From Schmidtea polychroa (Eukaryota): 64,000 bases of DNA. A program made the translations under genes and the position numbers. This document shows, piece by piece, positions 37,010-49,001 of this stretch (its first letter is position 1; the number at the start of each line of letters is the position of its first letter). Under the pieces are notes generated by a model, which ran no database searches, was not told the origin of the DNA, and worked only from the letters and a program-made list of their open reading frames with translations. Where the stretch lies: NCBI GenBank assembly GCA_044892525.1, contig CM097885.1:213714001-213778000 (forward strand), read 5' to 3'.

Positions 37010-40000
37010 GAATTTGTCAATTTGAAAATCACTTAAAAGGTTTAGAAGTCCTCAACCATGCAAAAATTTCAATTTGTAAAGATTTAAAAATTCAAGAACG
37101 GTTTCCAAATTAAAAAGGAGAATAAAATGGAGTTTCCATTTATTAAATAATAAATTTTAGTTTTAAACTTTCACATTTCAAAACTAAATAATTAAACAAT
37201 TAAAAATTTGAAATTTAAATATACATCGTGTTTATCAGTGTATTTTTAAGCCTGGTTGAATTGTGTTCGGATCTAGTTTTTAAATTAAAATGTCATGGGT
37301 GCAATGCCACATACACTGGTCATCTCCATATTCAAGTTCTTGATCATTATAGAATGAAGGAATTGATTAATATTATAAGTAGTATTTATGCAAAGAATAC
37401 AAATTTCAAAAATTTATTAAAAACTATTATTTTAACATTATTAAACATTTTTTAAAAAATTGACTATGAATCAGTAAAAATATAAAAAACATTGATATCT
37501 TTACTGATTCATAGTGAATTTTTTAATAAATATGTAAATTGATAAGAAATCAGAAGTGAAAATCAATATTCTTTTAATATTTCATTTATTTTCATTACGG
37601 CTAAAATCAATTTTTGCTTATGTAACATGAATTAAATTTATAGTGGTATTGGAAATGAATGAATTGTTAAAAGAGGTAAAAAATGAATAATTTTACTGGA
37701 AGATTTATTCATTATTTAGAATAAAATTTATGAAACCTGAATGTTAATAGAATGGTTGTTTCTATGGTGGAGGTCTCGGAAGTAAAAAATTTTAAGTTTT
37801 AAATTCATCTTGCAGAAATTGCTACTTCAAAATTGTCTCGTGAATTTACAAAAATTTTGTTATTTAAATGAAAATTTTCTAAATAAATGAATTATACGTT
37901 TAAATTGAAATGAAAATAAATTAAATAATTAATTTTGGTATATATTTTTGGTATAATTTATAAATTTAACCATAAAATTACTCAGCATCATAAAGTTATG
38001 ATTTGAAATCTGACTCAAACACTATTAAGTTTAAACTAAGTCAACATGTTGTAAATATAACCGATAATATCTGAATGGGATTCAAAGATGATTTAATTAG
38101 TTTTAAACCTAAAACTTTTGACCTTTTTGAAATGAAAATGCATGGAATTGTAAAATATATTTATTTAAAAATATAGCATTATTAAAAAGTTATGGTTTTC
38201 TAGTTTTATTTATACATATTTACTTATGTATATGTAATATATATGTATTGTTGATTTTAATGGGCAATCATCGCTTTAAATATCAATAAATATCATCACT
38301 AAAAAATTTAGAAAAGCTCGCGGCACACCTGCCCAAAAATCAAATATTTTTACAAATTTTTTGACTTACCAATGATATATAAAAAACTACTTTTTAGTCT
38401 ATACTAATTAAATATAATTACGAGAGATTTTTATAAGATAATAAATTCTTTGTAATTTTGATCCACAGAAGCTACTTTTTCAAAGTAAAAAGCTTTTTGT
38501 AAATAGTTTTTGTAAATTTTTTTTATTACCAACTTTTTTGTGAAAAAAGTCTAGCGGCACACCGTTTGAGAAACACTGGTCTTACACTTAATGACCACAC
38601 CAAGTACAATGTACAAAGTATAATCTATCATAAAACAATTTTGTCAAAATAAAAAATAAAATTATTTAAACTAAATATTTTAATGTTTTTAAACCAAAAT
38701 GAAACAAATACAATTTTAAATATGTAAACAATTTTTTTATTTATTCATAGCACTTTTTTCAATATCAATTTGATTGCTGCAACTTTTAAAATTAATTTTT
38801 AAATTTAATTAATCTTTTTAAATTAATATAAATTATAAATAACAATTTTTTTTCTATTTTGTAATATATTTATGAAAGTTTTGATGAAAATTTAAAAAAA
38901 TTAAAAGTGGGATATATACGGGACTTTCAAGCTTGATGTCAGAACAGCGGGAATCAGGAATGGCTGGTAGTCCTTCCTAATAGCAAAAGCAAATATATCA
39001 GTGATTTGAATGAAATATTTCCTATAATTAATTTAACAGTAAAATCTATTTTTTCACACTCGAATTCGAAATCCCAAAAAAGAATGTTAATACCGATGTA
39101 CTACAATTGATTAAATCTCCCTATATTTGGTGAATAGCGGTGACACAAAAATTTAAGATGATAAGCAAGGTTTCACAAGGAAAGTAATTTAATAATTTAA
39201 TAGGATTCATAAAATATACATGAATTTAAACAATTATTAATTAAGTTATTTTTAAAGTTTTCGGGTATATTGTAGATGGTCGGTGTTATTAAACTATCAA
39301 TAACTGATCTGGCTCCAAGCGTGTTATTTAATAACGACAGTGACAAATCCCAGTGACGTAAAACTTTATTGATTATCGCAATTGATTAAAACGAATTCAA
39401 TGATACCAATTTTCAGCACACGTCAAATGTTTCAAATGATAATTACAACCCTTCGGGAAGAATAGCACAACAATGACAATACTCTAAACACACAACCACT
39501 TGACTACTGTCGGTAACGGGCGATTCGTAAAATTTATCTGGTTGCTTTTAACTTGATTTGAGTTTTTCAACTACCTCTGATTTACTAATTCAATACGCAA
39601 GTGTCTTCCAAATGTTTACTGATTCTCAACAATTTCAACAATTTCTTTCTATCAAATTTTCTCTTGTCCCAAATTAGTCTCGTCTCTGCTAATTCTTCAT
39701 TCATTCCTTTTTCCACATGTTTCATAGACATTCCCTAATCCCTGACAGATGTCGATATATATATATATATAGACTTTTTATCTCTTCGACATATCAAGAT
39801 AATCTAAATCTTGCTTTCCTTTTATTGATTTTCTTCTGTTCTCTTCTCATTTTTCAATATCTTTTTTCCACTCCTATTTTACTTTGAAAAATGCCCCATT
39901 CATTTATCATCATCCCCCAATCATTTTACGCCTTTAATGATTATTTTTATTTTAAAATTTAGGTATCCTCAACAAAGTTGTTTATTAAGTTATTTACAAA

Positions 40001-43000
40001 CTTTTCCATTGTAAAAATTTAATAAATGTATAAAATCAACCGTAACTGAATACAGAAATCGCGATCTTATAAAATTAATTATCATATGATCTGTACAACA
40101 ATGTGATTTATAAATACTCTCTATTTCTCTGTTGCCGACACTAGTCTGAGCTGGATCAATTTTCTGAGCTTTCATCAAATTTATTTATATTAATTTTATC
40201 TTAACAATGCTGGATTTATTTATTAATCACAACTAGTCTATTTATCCATCANNNNNNNNNNNNNNNNNNNNNNNNNNNNNNNNNNNNNNNNNNNNNNNNN
40301 NNNNNNNNNNNNNNNNNNNNNNNNNNNNNNNNNNNNNNNNNNNNNNNNNNNNNNNNNNNNNNNNNNNNNNNNNNNNNNNNNNNNNNNNNNNNNNNNNNNN
40401 NNNNNNNNNNNNNNNNNNNNNNNNNNNNNNNNNNNNNNNNNNNNNNNNNNNNNNNNNNNNNNNNNNNNNNNNNNNNNNNNNNCCATTATCATGGCGTGAT
40501 CAACAAATATTACTTTTATTATCGGAATGAATGTTGTTTAAGCGCTTTTTTTTAAATTTTGTTTTCATAATAATGACGTCTGTTGTTTCATATTCATCAC
40601 GTTTATTTATTTAATATTATACAATCATATTTTATTGATTATATTTATTAAAACTTTAAATATTACAATCAGTCGTTTGTTCATTGTGGTATAGTTATAT
40701 TCATAGTTCATATTATACATATACATATGATTTTATTGATTTAATTCATACAGGTGCTTCCTTCAATGTATGTATTAATAGAGTTTTAGTTACAAGTCTA
40801 TGCGATAAAATGTAAGGAGAATTTAGAAGTTACGGTTAAGAATACTGAAACAACAATATATACTAGTCGGAACTCATGCAATATCAAGGGTATTACACAA
40901 CTTAAAGCTGACTGTTGGTAAAACTTTTTATTTTAATGCATAGATCGCTTATATATATATATATATATATATATATTTACACTAAAACACAAAACTGTAA
41001 GGTAGAAATTTCTAATTAAAAATATCAAGTAGAATATTAAAAATTTTAATGATAATAAACAATGATAAATAAATAATGATAAATAAATAAACATAAAGTC
41101 ACTTATCAAAATCAACATTTAAAACCCTCTTTAAAGTCAATGTATTTATTGATCACTTCCTAATCTTATGAAAGTGCTTTCATTTCGTATTCCAGTGGCT
41201 TTAATTCTTCAACAATATCAAATACCGATTCGAAAAACCAAAAACAGGGCACATTCTGAATTGACATAAAATATCTTATTAATATTAAATATAACCTACA
41301 ATTCAGTGGATGAAAATTAATTCTGTTATAGAAAAAAGAATATCATTGAATTTCCAATTTTACGACGTAAATAATGGTTCATCTGGAATTTTCTAGCATT
41401 CAAGTTTAAGTTATATTTAAAGAAATAGTTCTAAAAAATTAAAATAAAAATGTTTATTTTATTCACTTGAATAATACTAATATTATGAATTTTTTTTCCT
41501 ATAGAAGTATCAATTAAAAAGAAATTTAAACTCCTATTTTAAATAAATTATTTAATAAAAGATTTAATCGTAATGAAATGATTTATTTGCATAGGTTTGG
41601 ATAACAGTCGCGGTTCTTATTGACCGATTTCTCTATCTGAAATTTGGATTCCATTCTAAAATAATCTGCTCCCGGAAAGCGAGTGCAAAAATAATTGCAT
41701 CCATTTTGATACTACTGTTAATTTATACTATACCAAAGTTTCTGGAATATCATGTTATTAATTATCCTAAAATAGTAGTATTACGGGTCATGTACACAGA
41801 GGTTGGGTTTAATGAATCATTTCAGTGAGTTATTTATTTATTATGGACTATTTTTATGATTGGATTGTTAAATAATTTTAAGAAACTTCATTTTATAATA
41901 CTAGAATTATTAATATTATCTAATAATTCTATTGATAGTTGAATTCTTTAATTCTTTATAATTTATAACATAAATTTATACTATATTTATCTTTTTAAAG
42001 TAGTCTTAGTTATATTTCCATTTTTTATTTGTTAATGCGAAAAATGAATTTTAGGTTCATAATTTTTTTATAATTTGGAGAACACTTGAAATTCAAGCCA
42101 ATTTTCTATACGAATATAAACCATCAAATCAGTGTTGCCACCTGTAATGGATTCAATCATGTGTTCATTGTGGTGAGATAAAAGGAACAGTTTAACGCAT
42201 GATCATATTAAAGCCGAATTATTAATTTGAAACAATTTAAAAATAAAATGCGACAAATTTCGGGCTATGGCAGCAGTAAATAAAAAGCTTTTAGAAGCAG
42301 CACGGAACAATATAAAATAGTTTTAAAAATAAATTTTACATTGTCTTTACAAAAAATTTTCCTGTTTTTTAAGAAGCAATCTATCCTGTATGTTATTTAA
42401 TTGTAATAATAAAAACTTATTTTCATGTTTCAAATGATTTTTTTCTCGAGTTCCAAAAAAAATTGTTTTACTCAAATGTCCGGGTCAAAAATTTTCCAAA
42501 GATGGCAACACTGTATTAAATTAACAAATTTTAATACACTTTTATTATACAAATTTATTTCATGTTCAATTTGCTCCATTATCATTTTACTTTTTCTTTT
42601 TTTAAATATTTCTAAAGAGTTCTGTAAAACAATTTCAATAGTAAACAAAAATCTAGATCCTCGTGTTGATTTTTATTGATATCACGCCAAAACTTTAATA
42701 GATTGAATCTTTCAAATAGGAAGGAGAGAGAGAAGGAAAACTTTTTGAATATTGTATTGGGGTGATTAGGACCTATTTTAGATAGAAATATTTCATTTTA
42801 TTAATAAATACTGTAATTTACATTTTTTTTGAAATATAGTTTAATAAATTATTCGGCTATCGACAAATTTATTTTAAACTTTAATAATAATGAAACAATA
42901 AAAGCTGCTNNNNNNNNNNNNNNNNNNNNNNNNNNNNNNNNNNNNNNNNNNNNNNNNNNNNNNNNNNNNNNNNNNNNNNNNNNNNNNNNNNNNNNNNNNN

Positions 43001-44616
43001 NNNNNNNNNNNNNNNNNNNNNNNNNNNNNNNNNNNNNNAACGAAAGCAAAGTTTTTATAATAGAATATTAAAATATAATATTGCTATATATTTCGACTGT
43101 TTAATAGTCTTCTTCAGGCTAAGCACCGTATTAATAACAACTAAATGAAAATAATAATATTCAAACAAATTAACAACTAATAATCGTTATCAAACTGTAT
43201 CAAACTAAAAGATATTTTAATAAAATTTTAAAAAACATAAAAATTATTTTAATTTTAAAAAACACATAAAATTGTTAACATTTTCATATAACAATTTTCT
43301 TTAAAAATTTATATAAAAAATATATTTAATTTAAATTTAAAAATTAAAAATTGTTTTCTTACAAAAAATTTAACAAACAATAACATCATCCCAAATATTA
43401 AATATACAAGTTAAATTATTTAAATACATTCAAAATCCCTGTAGACTGGGCACTTTGAATATTAATTATAGGATTTTAAGATCTAATTAACAACGTCTTG
43501 CACGTTACTCGTTTCCAGAAATTACTCAAACTCTTCGACAAGATCTTAAAATCAGCAATACTTACTTTTTTACGAGTATACTTCCTAAAATGTTCACTAA
43601 TGTAGGTCAATCCATTCCGTCGGCAATACTCAAAAACTCTTATTAATACGATTCTTAGTCCGAAGAAGGCTGTTAAACGGTCGAAATATATAGCAACGTT
43701 ATATTTTAATATANNNNNNNNNNNNNNNNNNNNNNNNNNNNNNNNNNNNNNNNNNNNNNNNNNNNNNNNNNNNNNNNNNNNNNNNNNNNNNNNNNNNNNN
43801 NNNNNNNNNNNNNNNNNNNNNNNNNNNNNNNNNNNNNNNNNNNNNNNNNNNNNNNNNNNNNNNNNNNAATTAATTAATTATTCATTTAGGAATATGCTTC
43901 TTCATTGGTTAAAAGTTCCTATTGAAATGTTTCTTCCGTATTTAGCTGATGCCATATTTTCTGTTATTAATTCAATAAAATTCTATGATCTTATGTATAA
44001 AAGAAAACTTTCAGAAGCTTCCAAAAATAAACGAAGAAATGCTGAACTAAATCCAACAGATGAGAATGATGTTAAATCAATGATGTTTACTGAAATTGAA
44101 AAAGATACTGTCAAGTTTCCATCTCTGACAGTAGATTCTAATATGCCAAAAGTCATAACGTCCAGTTTAAAAGATGCAGAAGATAAAGAAAATTCTATGG
44201 TGATAGTGTCTCTGATTTTGGGATTTCTATTAGTTGCCTTGAAAATCCCCAAATTCATTTTACATGCTCTCAAATCAGAGCAATATGTGAATTTGAAATC
44301 TACGAAATTTTTTCAGCCAGTTAATGATTTTCTTGACTTGAGTTGGGTCTTTTTGAAGCCGATTATATTCATTTGTGTTGCTAAACATTTTCGACAAGCT
44401 CTCAAATCAGTATTCTGTTGTACTGAATTTGACAATGACACCGTGATTAAAGTTTGTCCAGCTGTCAAAATGACTGAAATGGCCAGTTTGTATCTCCAAA
44501 ATGCGCCTGAGTTTAGCAGTAATACCAATAGTCACAGCGGGGGTGAAAATGATCATTCAAGATTTCTGGAAGATAAAGATGAAGGATTATTCATGAAAAC
44601 TAATGTAGATGTTTGA
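35969..44616 (+). CDS. Rhodopsin-class peptide-receptor-like GPCR (FMRFamide/sex-peptide receptor-like), 3 exons 35969-36637, 41595-41824, 43890-44616; 541 aa
   Basis: Exons join in frame at GT-AG sites. TM2 YLTAIAIIDC; TM3 end VLIDRF; TM4 YTIPKFLEY; TM7 KPIIFI..AKHFRQAL. Confidence 0.88.
37265..37350 (+). mobile_element. Penelope-like GIY-YIG endonuclease N-terminal fragment
   Basis: LVFKLKCHGCNATYTG resembles VYKI.C..C...YIG. Confidence 0.5.
38310..38578 (-). mobile_element. hAT-Charlie-like non-autonomous terminus
   Basis: The reverse complement begins CAGTGTTTCTCAAACGGTGTGCCGC; the gcggcacacc motif is repeated at ~38320 and ~38555. Confidence 0.55.
42130..42513. mobile_element. 384-bp hAT-type MITE
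   Basis: TIR CAGTGTTGCCA...TGGCAACACTG; decayed 8-bp TSD catcaaat/tattaaat. Confidence 0.75.
43083..43119 (-). ncRNA. Minimal type I hammerhead ribozyme motif (Penelope-type)
   Basis: gc-CTGAAGA-A-GACT(attaaac)AGTC-GAAA-TATAT-A-gc. Confidence 0.7.
43660..43696 (+). ncRNA. Degenerate hammerhead copy (core U4->C)
   Basis: CCGAAGA-A-GGCTG(ttaaa)CGGTC-GAAA-TATAT-A-gcaa. Confidence 0.55.
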
Positions 44617-45349
44617 AGTTTCGTACTGATGGAAATTAAATGGATTGAGATTAACTTAGTCCGCATTCTCAAAGATCTAGGTTTTTTATTTTATTACTTG
44701 TTCATTGGGTAATATTTGTACTTTGTCTTAATTTATTATTATTATCAATATTATTATTCTTGTCAAATAATAATTTTTCTCTATTTTTGATAAATCATGG
44801 TGGAATATCCAGCTTTTTCAAATGAAATAAATTTGAAAGTACAATTTTTTAATTTAATTTAAACAAATAAATTGGTTGATCAACAGTGACGCAATAACAT
44901 ATGATTTGACATATAAGACAGTGATTGTGAAGATTGTTATCATTACTATGTTAACCAGAATTCTTGTCATGGTAATCATTTGTTATTTCAAACGTGTTGA
45001 CAGATGAAATAAACGTTTTGGTCATGCAAGTGAGAAAAGACGGATTTTCTCACGATGCTTATGTTAAGTTGAATTTCATAAATAACAGCATATTCTTTAA
45101 TTATTTTAGAAAACAGATTAAGCCTCGAGCACAATCTTTTTTATTTTGTTATTATCATAATATAAATTAATTTTTAAAAAATGTTGCATTATTAAAAATA
45201 CAATGGGAAATTTTAAAGTGTAAAGGAAAAAGATTTCAAATGTTATGAAATTAAATTGTAAAATAATTTGAATTTTTATAAATATTTTCAATTCTAATGA
45301 TGTATGCGTGTTCTTTCAATGTACAGTCCTGTATTTTTCAAATTACCTT

Positions 45350-46935
45350 ATTGCAAACAAAAACCACAGTTTTTCATTATTTGATATTGTGAAAACTTTT
45401 GACATAACATTAAAATATATTTTTTAGCATATAATTCACAGAAGAGACGCAAGACTTCGTGGAATGATAAATATTCCCAAGAATTCGGATTCAATAAAAA
45501 GCTGATAATAATGAATGCAAGGAGTTTTGTACATTGTGCTCTACACAGCTTTCAATTGCTCATGGGGACACCGAGATATTATGCAACATATTTAAACAAA
45601 CCGACATCAAAATTGTATTAGAGTGAGATCATCAAATAAAAAGGCCTCGGATTTTTTAAACAGCTTGTAGACACTAAGAATTAACATTTGCATTCCATAC
45701 AGCATGCACGATTCATCATTCCGCTTAAATAACTGTACGGCAAGTCTAATTCGAAATTTTTTTGATTCAAAATTCTTCTTACCCCGGACTAAAAAGCTGC
45801 AGTTATTACAAATGTTATTGCACCCTTCATTGACACACTATGAAAAATGACGTTAAGAATAAACATATCATTACGATCATGACTGACACATCAAACCACA
45901 AAAATGTTAAGTTTTCATTAATGCAACAATGCAATAACACAATGCAATAACCGCTGGATTTGAAATTCTAGATGTTTATATAGAAGCAGTAATGGTATCT
46001 TTACAAGCATTTTAACATCTTTTCTGTGCGTACCGAAAGCTTCAAAAGTTTATTCGATGAGATGGAAGAACCCTACAAACTTTTATAAAAATCATACAAG
46101 CACTCGTTTTTGTCTCTTGGTCCAACTGTACGGCGTCTAATAGAACTATTTGAACCATTAAAGGAATATTTTTTTACTCTCAAGAATTGTTCACTATCAA
46201 TTCTTAAGTTTTTCAACAATCCGGATAGCAAGTTTTGGATTTTATTTGTATCGAATCTGCTTATGAATTTCAATACGGTTAATTAAATCTTCAAAAATCA
46301 CACTTTTTGAGATTGCTAATCAAACGAAGGTGTTAGAGGACAAGTTAATGAATCAATGAAGCGTCTGCTTTTTACCTCACTAATCTCAGCAAGAATTTCA
46401 ACAACTTGATAATCAAACTAAAAATGAAATGAAGGAAAAGGTTACTGATTTTTATGGCACTATTTTAAATTATTTGGATATCTGGAAGAGTGCTTTAGAT
46501 GGAGCAGAATAATCTACATATATGTTAATATATAAATCTCCATTTTCGATTGATATTAAACTCTCAGTTTCATTTGCAGCATGAAAATACGAAGAAAGTC
46601 TTTTTCAAATTATTAATCGCGACATACTTTTCAATAAGTTTTGTCTTTTGAGAAATTTTGTTGACGAAAAGATTCCAATTTGGTTGAATTCAAAGCTATC
46701 TCCAGAAAATATCTGGATAAAATTTTCACAACTTTTCGTAAAAATTCCACGGCTTTAATTAACATGGAGAAATTTGCGGAATTTGCATTTTGTCTAGCTG
46801 GTACATCGACAGAAGCAGAACGAATCTTTCCTCTGATAAATAATATTTGGGATGATAACAAAAGTCGTTTGGATGTTAGCACACTGAATGCTATATTCTC
46901 ATACCAATATTACTCGAAGATAACCTGTCTTGAAA
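45350..46935 (+). mobile_element. Decayed hAT-superfamily transposase
   Basis: IMTDTSNHKNVK (first catalytic D); HTSTRFLSLGP.VRRLIELFEPLKEYF (TRW-like); LAGTSTEAERIF..INNIWDDNKSRLDV. Confidence 0.8.
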
Positions 46936-48077
46936 CTCTCGAGGTGGCTAAATTGACGGAAAATACAGAGTTCAAATCAATGGACGAATTTTCATGGGGA
47001 GGATTATATACACCCAATGATATGGAAGAGGCTAGACAGGCATTGCTATTTCTTCACATTAGTGAGAGAAATATAACTGAAATTATGAGAACCATATACC
47101 AGGCCAACGATATGCAACCAGAACATAACCTGTTATTCGAACCACCAAATTACAAAGAAGCGGCGAAAAATATGATGATAAAGTTCTGTGGGCGATTTAC
47201 CAATTTCAGTTTCCTCACAGTATGCTCTGCAATATTTGCGGTATTTGTGATCCTGAAGTTAATCATCATTCAATTACTATTAACTTATAATATATTTAAA
47301 TTAGGAGGCTGGTCTTGGAAGCTACTTCTAGAATTATGACCTATGTGTGCAGAGTTTAAGGTTTTCAAGCATTATAGAAAAGAGATAAAGCAGATCATAC
47401 ATAAAAGCTTAGTGAAACATGAAGTTGTGGGAATCGAAAAGGAGGAGAATCCGAGTTATTTGGACGATAACAATTCGAATGGAGAGGGTAATGAAAGCTT
47501 AAATAATGCGTCAACTATAAAAAGTAGTGAACTAAAAAACCATCAATAAAAACCACATTCTCAGAAGAACAGAGCCCATATAAAGATTACCTACCACCTT
47601 ACGAATCTTCAAAACGAATTTTTGTCGGAGGTCAACTATCTGAAGGTGAATACGACGGTTCTGAAATAAAATGCGAGACAACATAACGCAAATTATAACG
47701 ATGTCCAAGGTATTTTCAACTACTAAACATAAGAACCTTGCCATCAGCTACTAGAGTGGATAAATTTATTTCAGTAACTCTACCAAGGTTAGAGGGGCTA
47801 CATTATCAAGTGGAAACTCTGGAGCCAATGAAACCTGAACAAATGAATTCATTTAAAGTTAAAAAGATATGACCCACAATGGATGGATACAAACCAATCA
47901 GATGTAGACAGAGCAAAAACCATCAGAATCTTTCACGGAACTCTGTTTATATTAGATAGAATACGGATTTCGTGAAAAAACTAATGATAAAGATAAGAGT
48001 TAACCGGAATAAGTAGGTAGTTAGTTGCACACTGCAGCACGACCATCTTCCAAAGAAAAGGCCGGGGGGAGGGGGTT
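46935..48077 (+). mobile_element. 3' end of an LTR retroelement carrying a chuvirus-glycoprotein-like env fragment, ending at a PPT
   Basis: GGLYTPNDMEEARQALLF...F..FSFL..CSAIFAVFVILKLIIIQLLLTYNIFKLGGWSWKLL. Purine tract aaggccgggggaggggg at ~48058-48075. Confidence 0.65.
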
Positions 48078-48159
48078 TAAGTTGCTGCAGTAATATTTTT
48101 TTGCTTTTTTGGTTACGTAACTGCTGCAGTATGCTACACTTATTTTTTCTGGAATTTTC

Positions 48160-48425
48160 AATAGAAAAAAGGTCCTATCGAAAAAAAACCAGGATTTCTC
48201 TGACTATAGTGAAGAAGTCTCGATGGAACCTGAGAATTTCAAGACAAAATGGTCCTATAGAAAAAAGCCAGGATTCCTCTGACTATAGTGAAGGGTCTCC
48301 TTGAACCTGAGAATTTCAAAAGAAAAAAAGGTCTACACTAAAAATTCAGGGATATTTCCAAGTACAATTAAGGTGGGTTTCCTTGGTCTTGAGAATTTCT
48401 ATATAAAAAGGTGGTCTTCACTAAA
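48160..48425. repeat. ~80-bp tandem repeat, ~3.3 diverging copies
   Basis: ggtcct/ggtct anchors at 48171, 48251, 48330 and 48413, with recurring tgagaatttc. Confidence 0.75.
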
Positions 48426-49001
48426 AAAGCATAGTAAATAAGTAAATTAAAGTAAATTATGGTCCAAAATTTAAAAGTAAAGTAAATTATGGGACTAAAA
48501 ATTGAATTACAGTAAATTATGTATTACAGTAAATTATTACAGATAAATTAAGTAAATTAAACCACCCATTTGATACAGTACCAATTTTGTTCACCCAAAA
48601 TGTATCAAAAAGTTAGACTCCTTATTTCCTGGTTTACTTTAGAAAAAAATCCAGAAGAGATATATTTTGCTTAACTTAATCACCACAGCTTATATATTTT
48701 TTTATTTTCATAAATTTAATTTTAAAATTTGCGTTTATTTATTAAAATGACAATAAGTTTCGACTAGAAACAGGATGGCGAAATGTTTGGGAAATTGTTT
48801 ATGAAAACTGTCAAATTATCTTAAAATGTGGAAATATAATAATTTAAAATGTTAAGAATCATTATTATTATTCTACATTTAAATTAAACTTAAAATAGAT
48901 CGTTTTAATTTATCAATGTAATTTTCTTAAATTCAAATTGTTTAAAGTTTAAATTAAATTCTGAAAGGAAGAAATCTTGGAATTATAGTATATAAATGCA
49001 A

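Larger units (their letters stand above)
43040..43714 (-). mobile_element. 5'-truncated Penelope-like retroelement: GIY-YIG C-terminus, 3' UTR, hammerhead-containing pLTR, plus an inverted pLTR piece at the 5' break
   Basis: The minus strand reads YISEHF...DFKIL..SLSNFWKRVTC.TLLIRS*NPIINIQS..STGILNVFK*. Inverted repeat 43040-43137 / 43640-43714. Confidence 0.8.

Noticed and set aside
46680-47339. A genuine hAT-glycoprotein fusion protein
   Set aside because: The hAT upstream is riddled with stops, both parts are fragments, and the glycoprotein part has a stop just after its TM region. A chance in-frame junction is more likely.
48160-48425. CRISPR-like array
   Set aside because: Eukaryotic context, and the units are whole tandem repeats without unique spacers.
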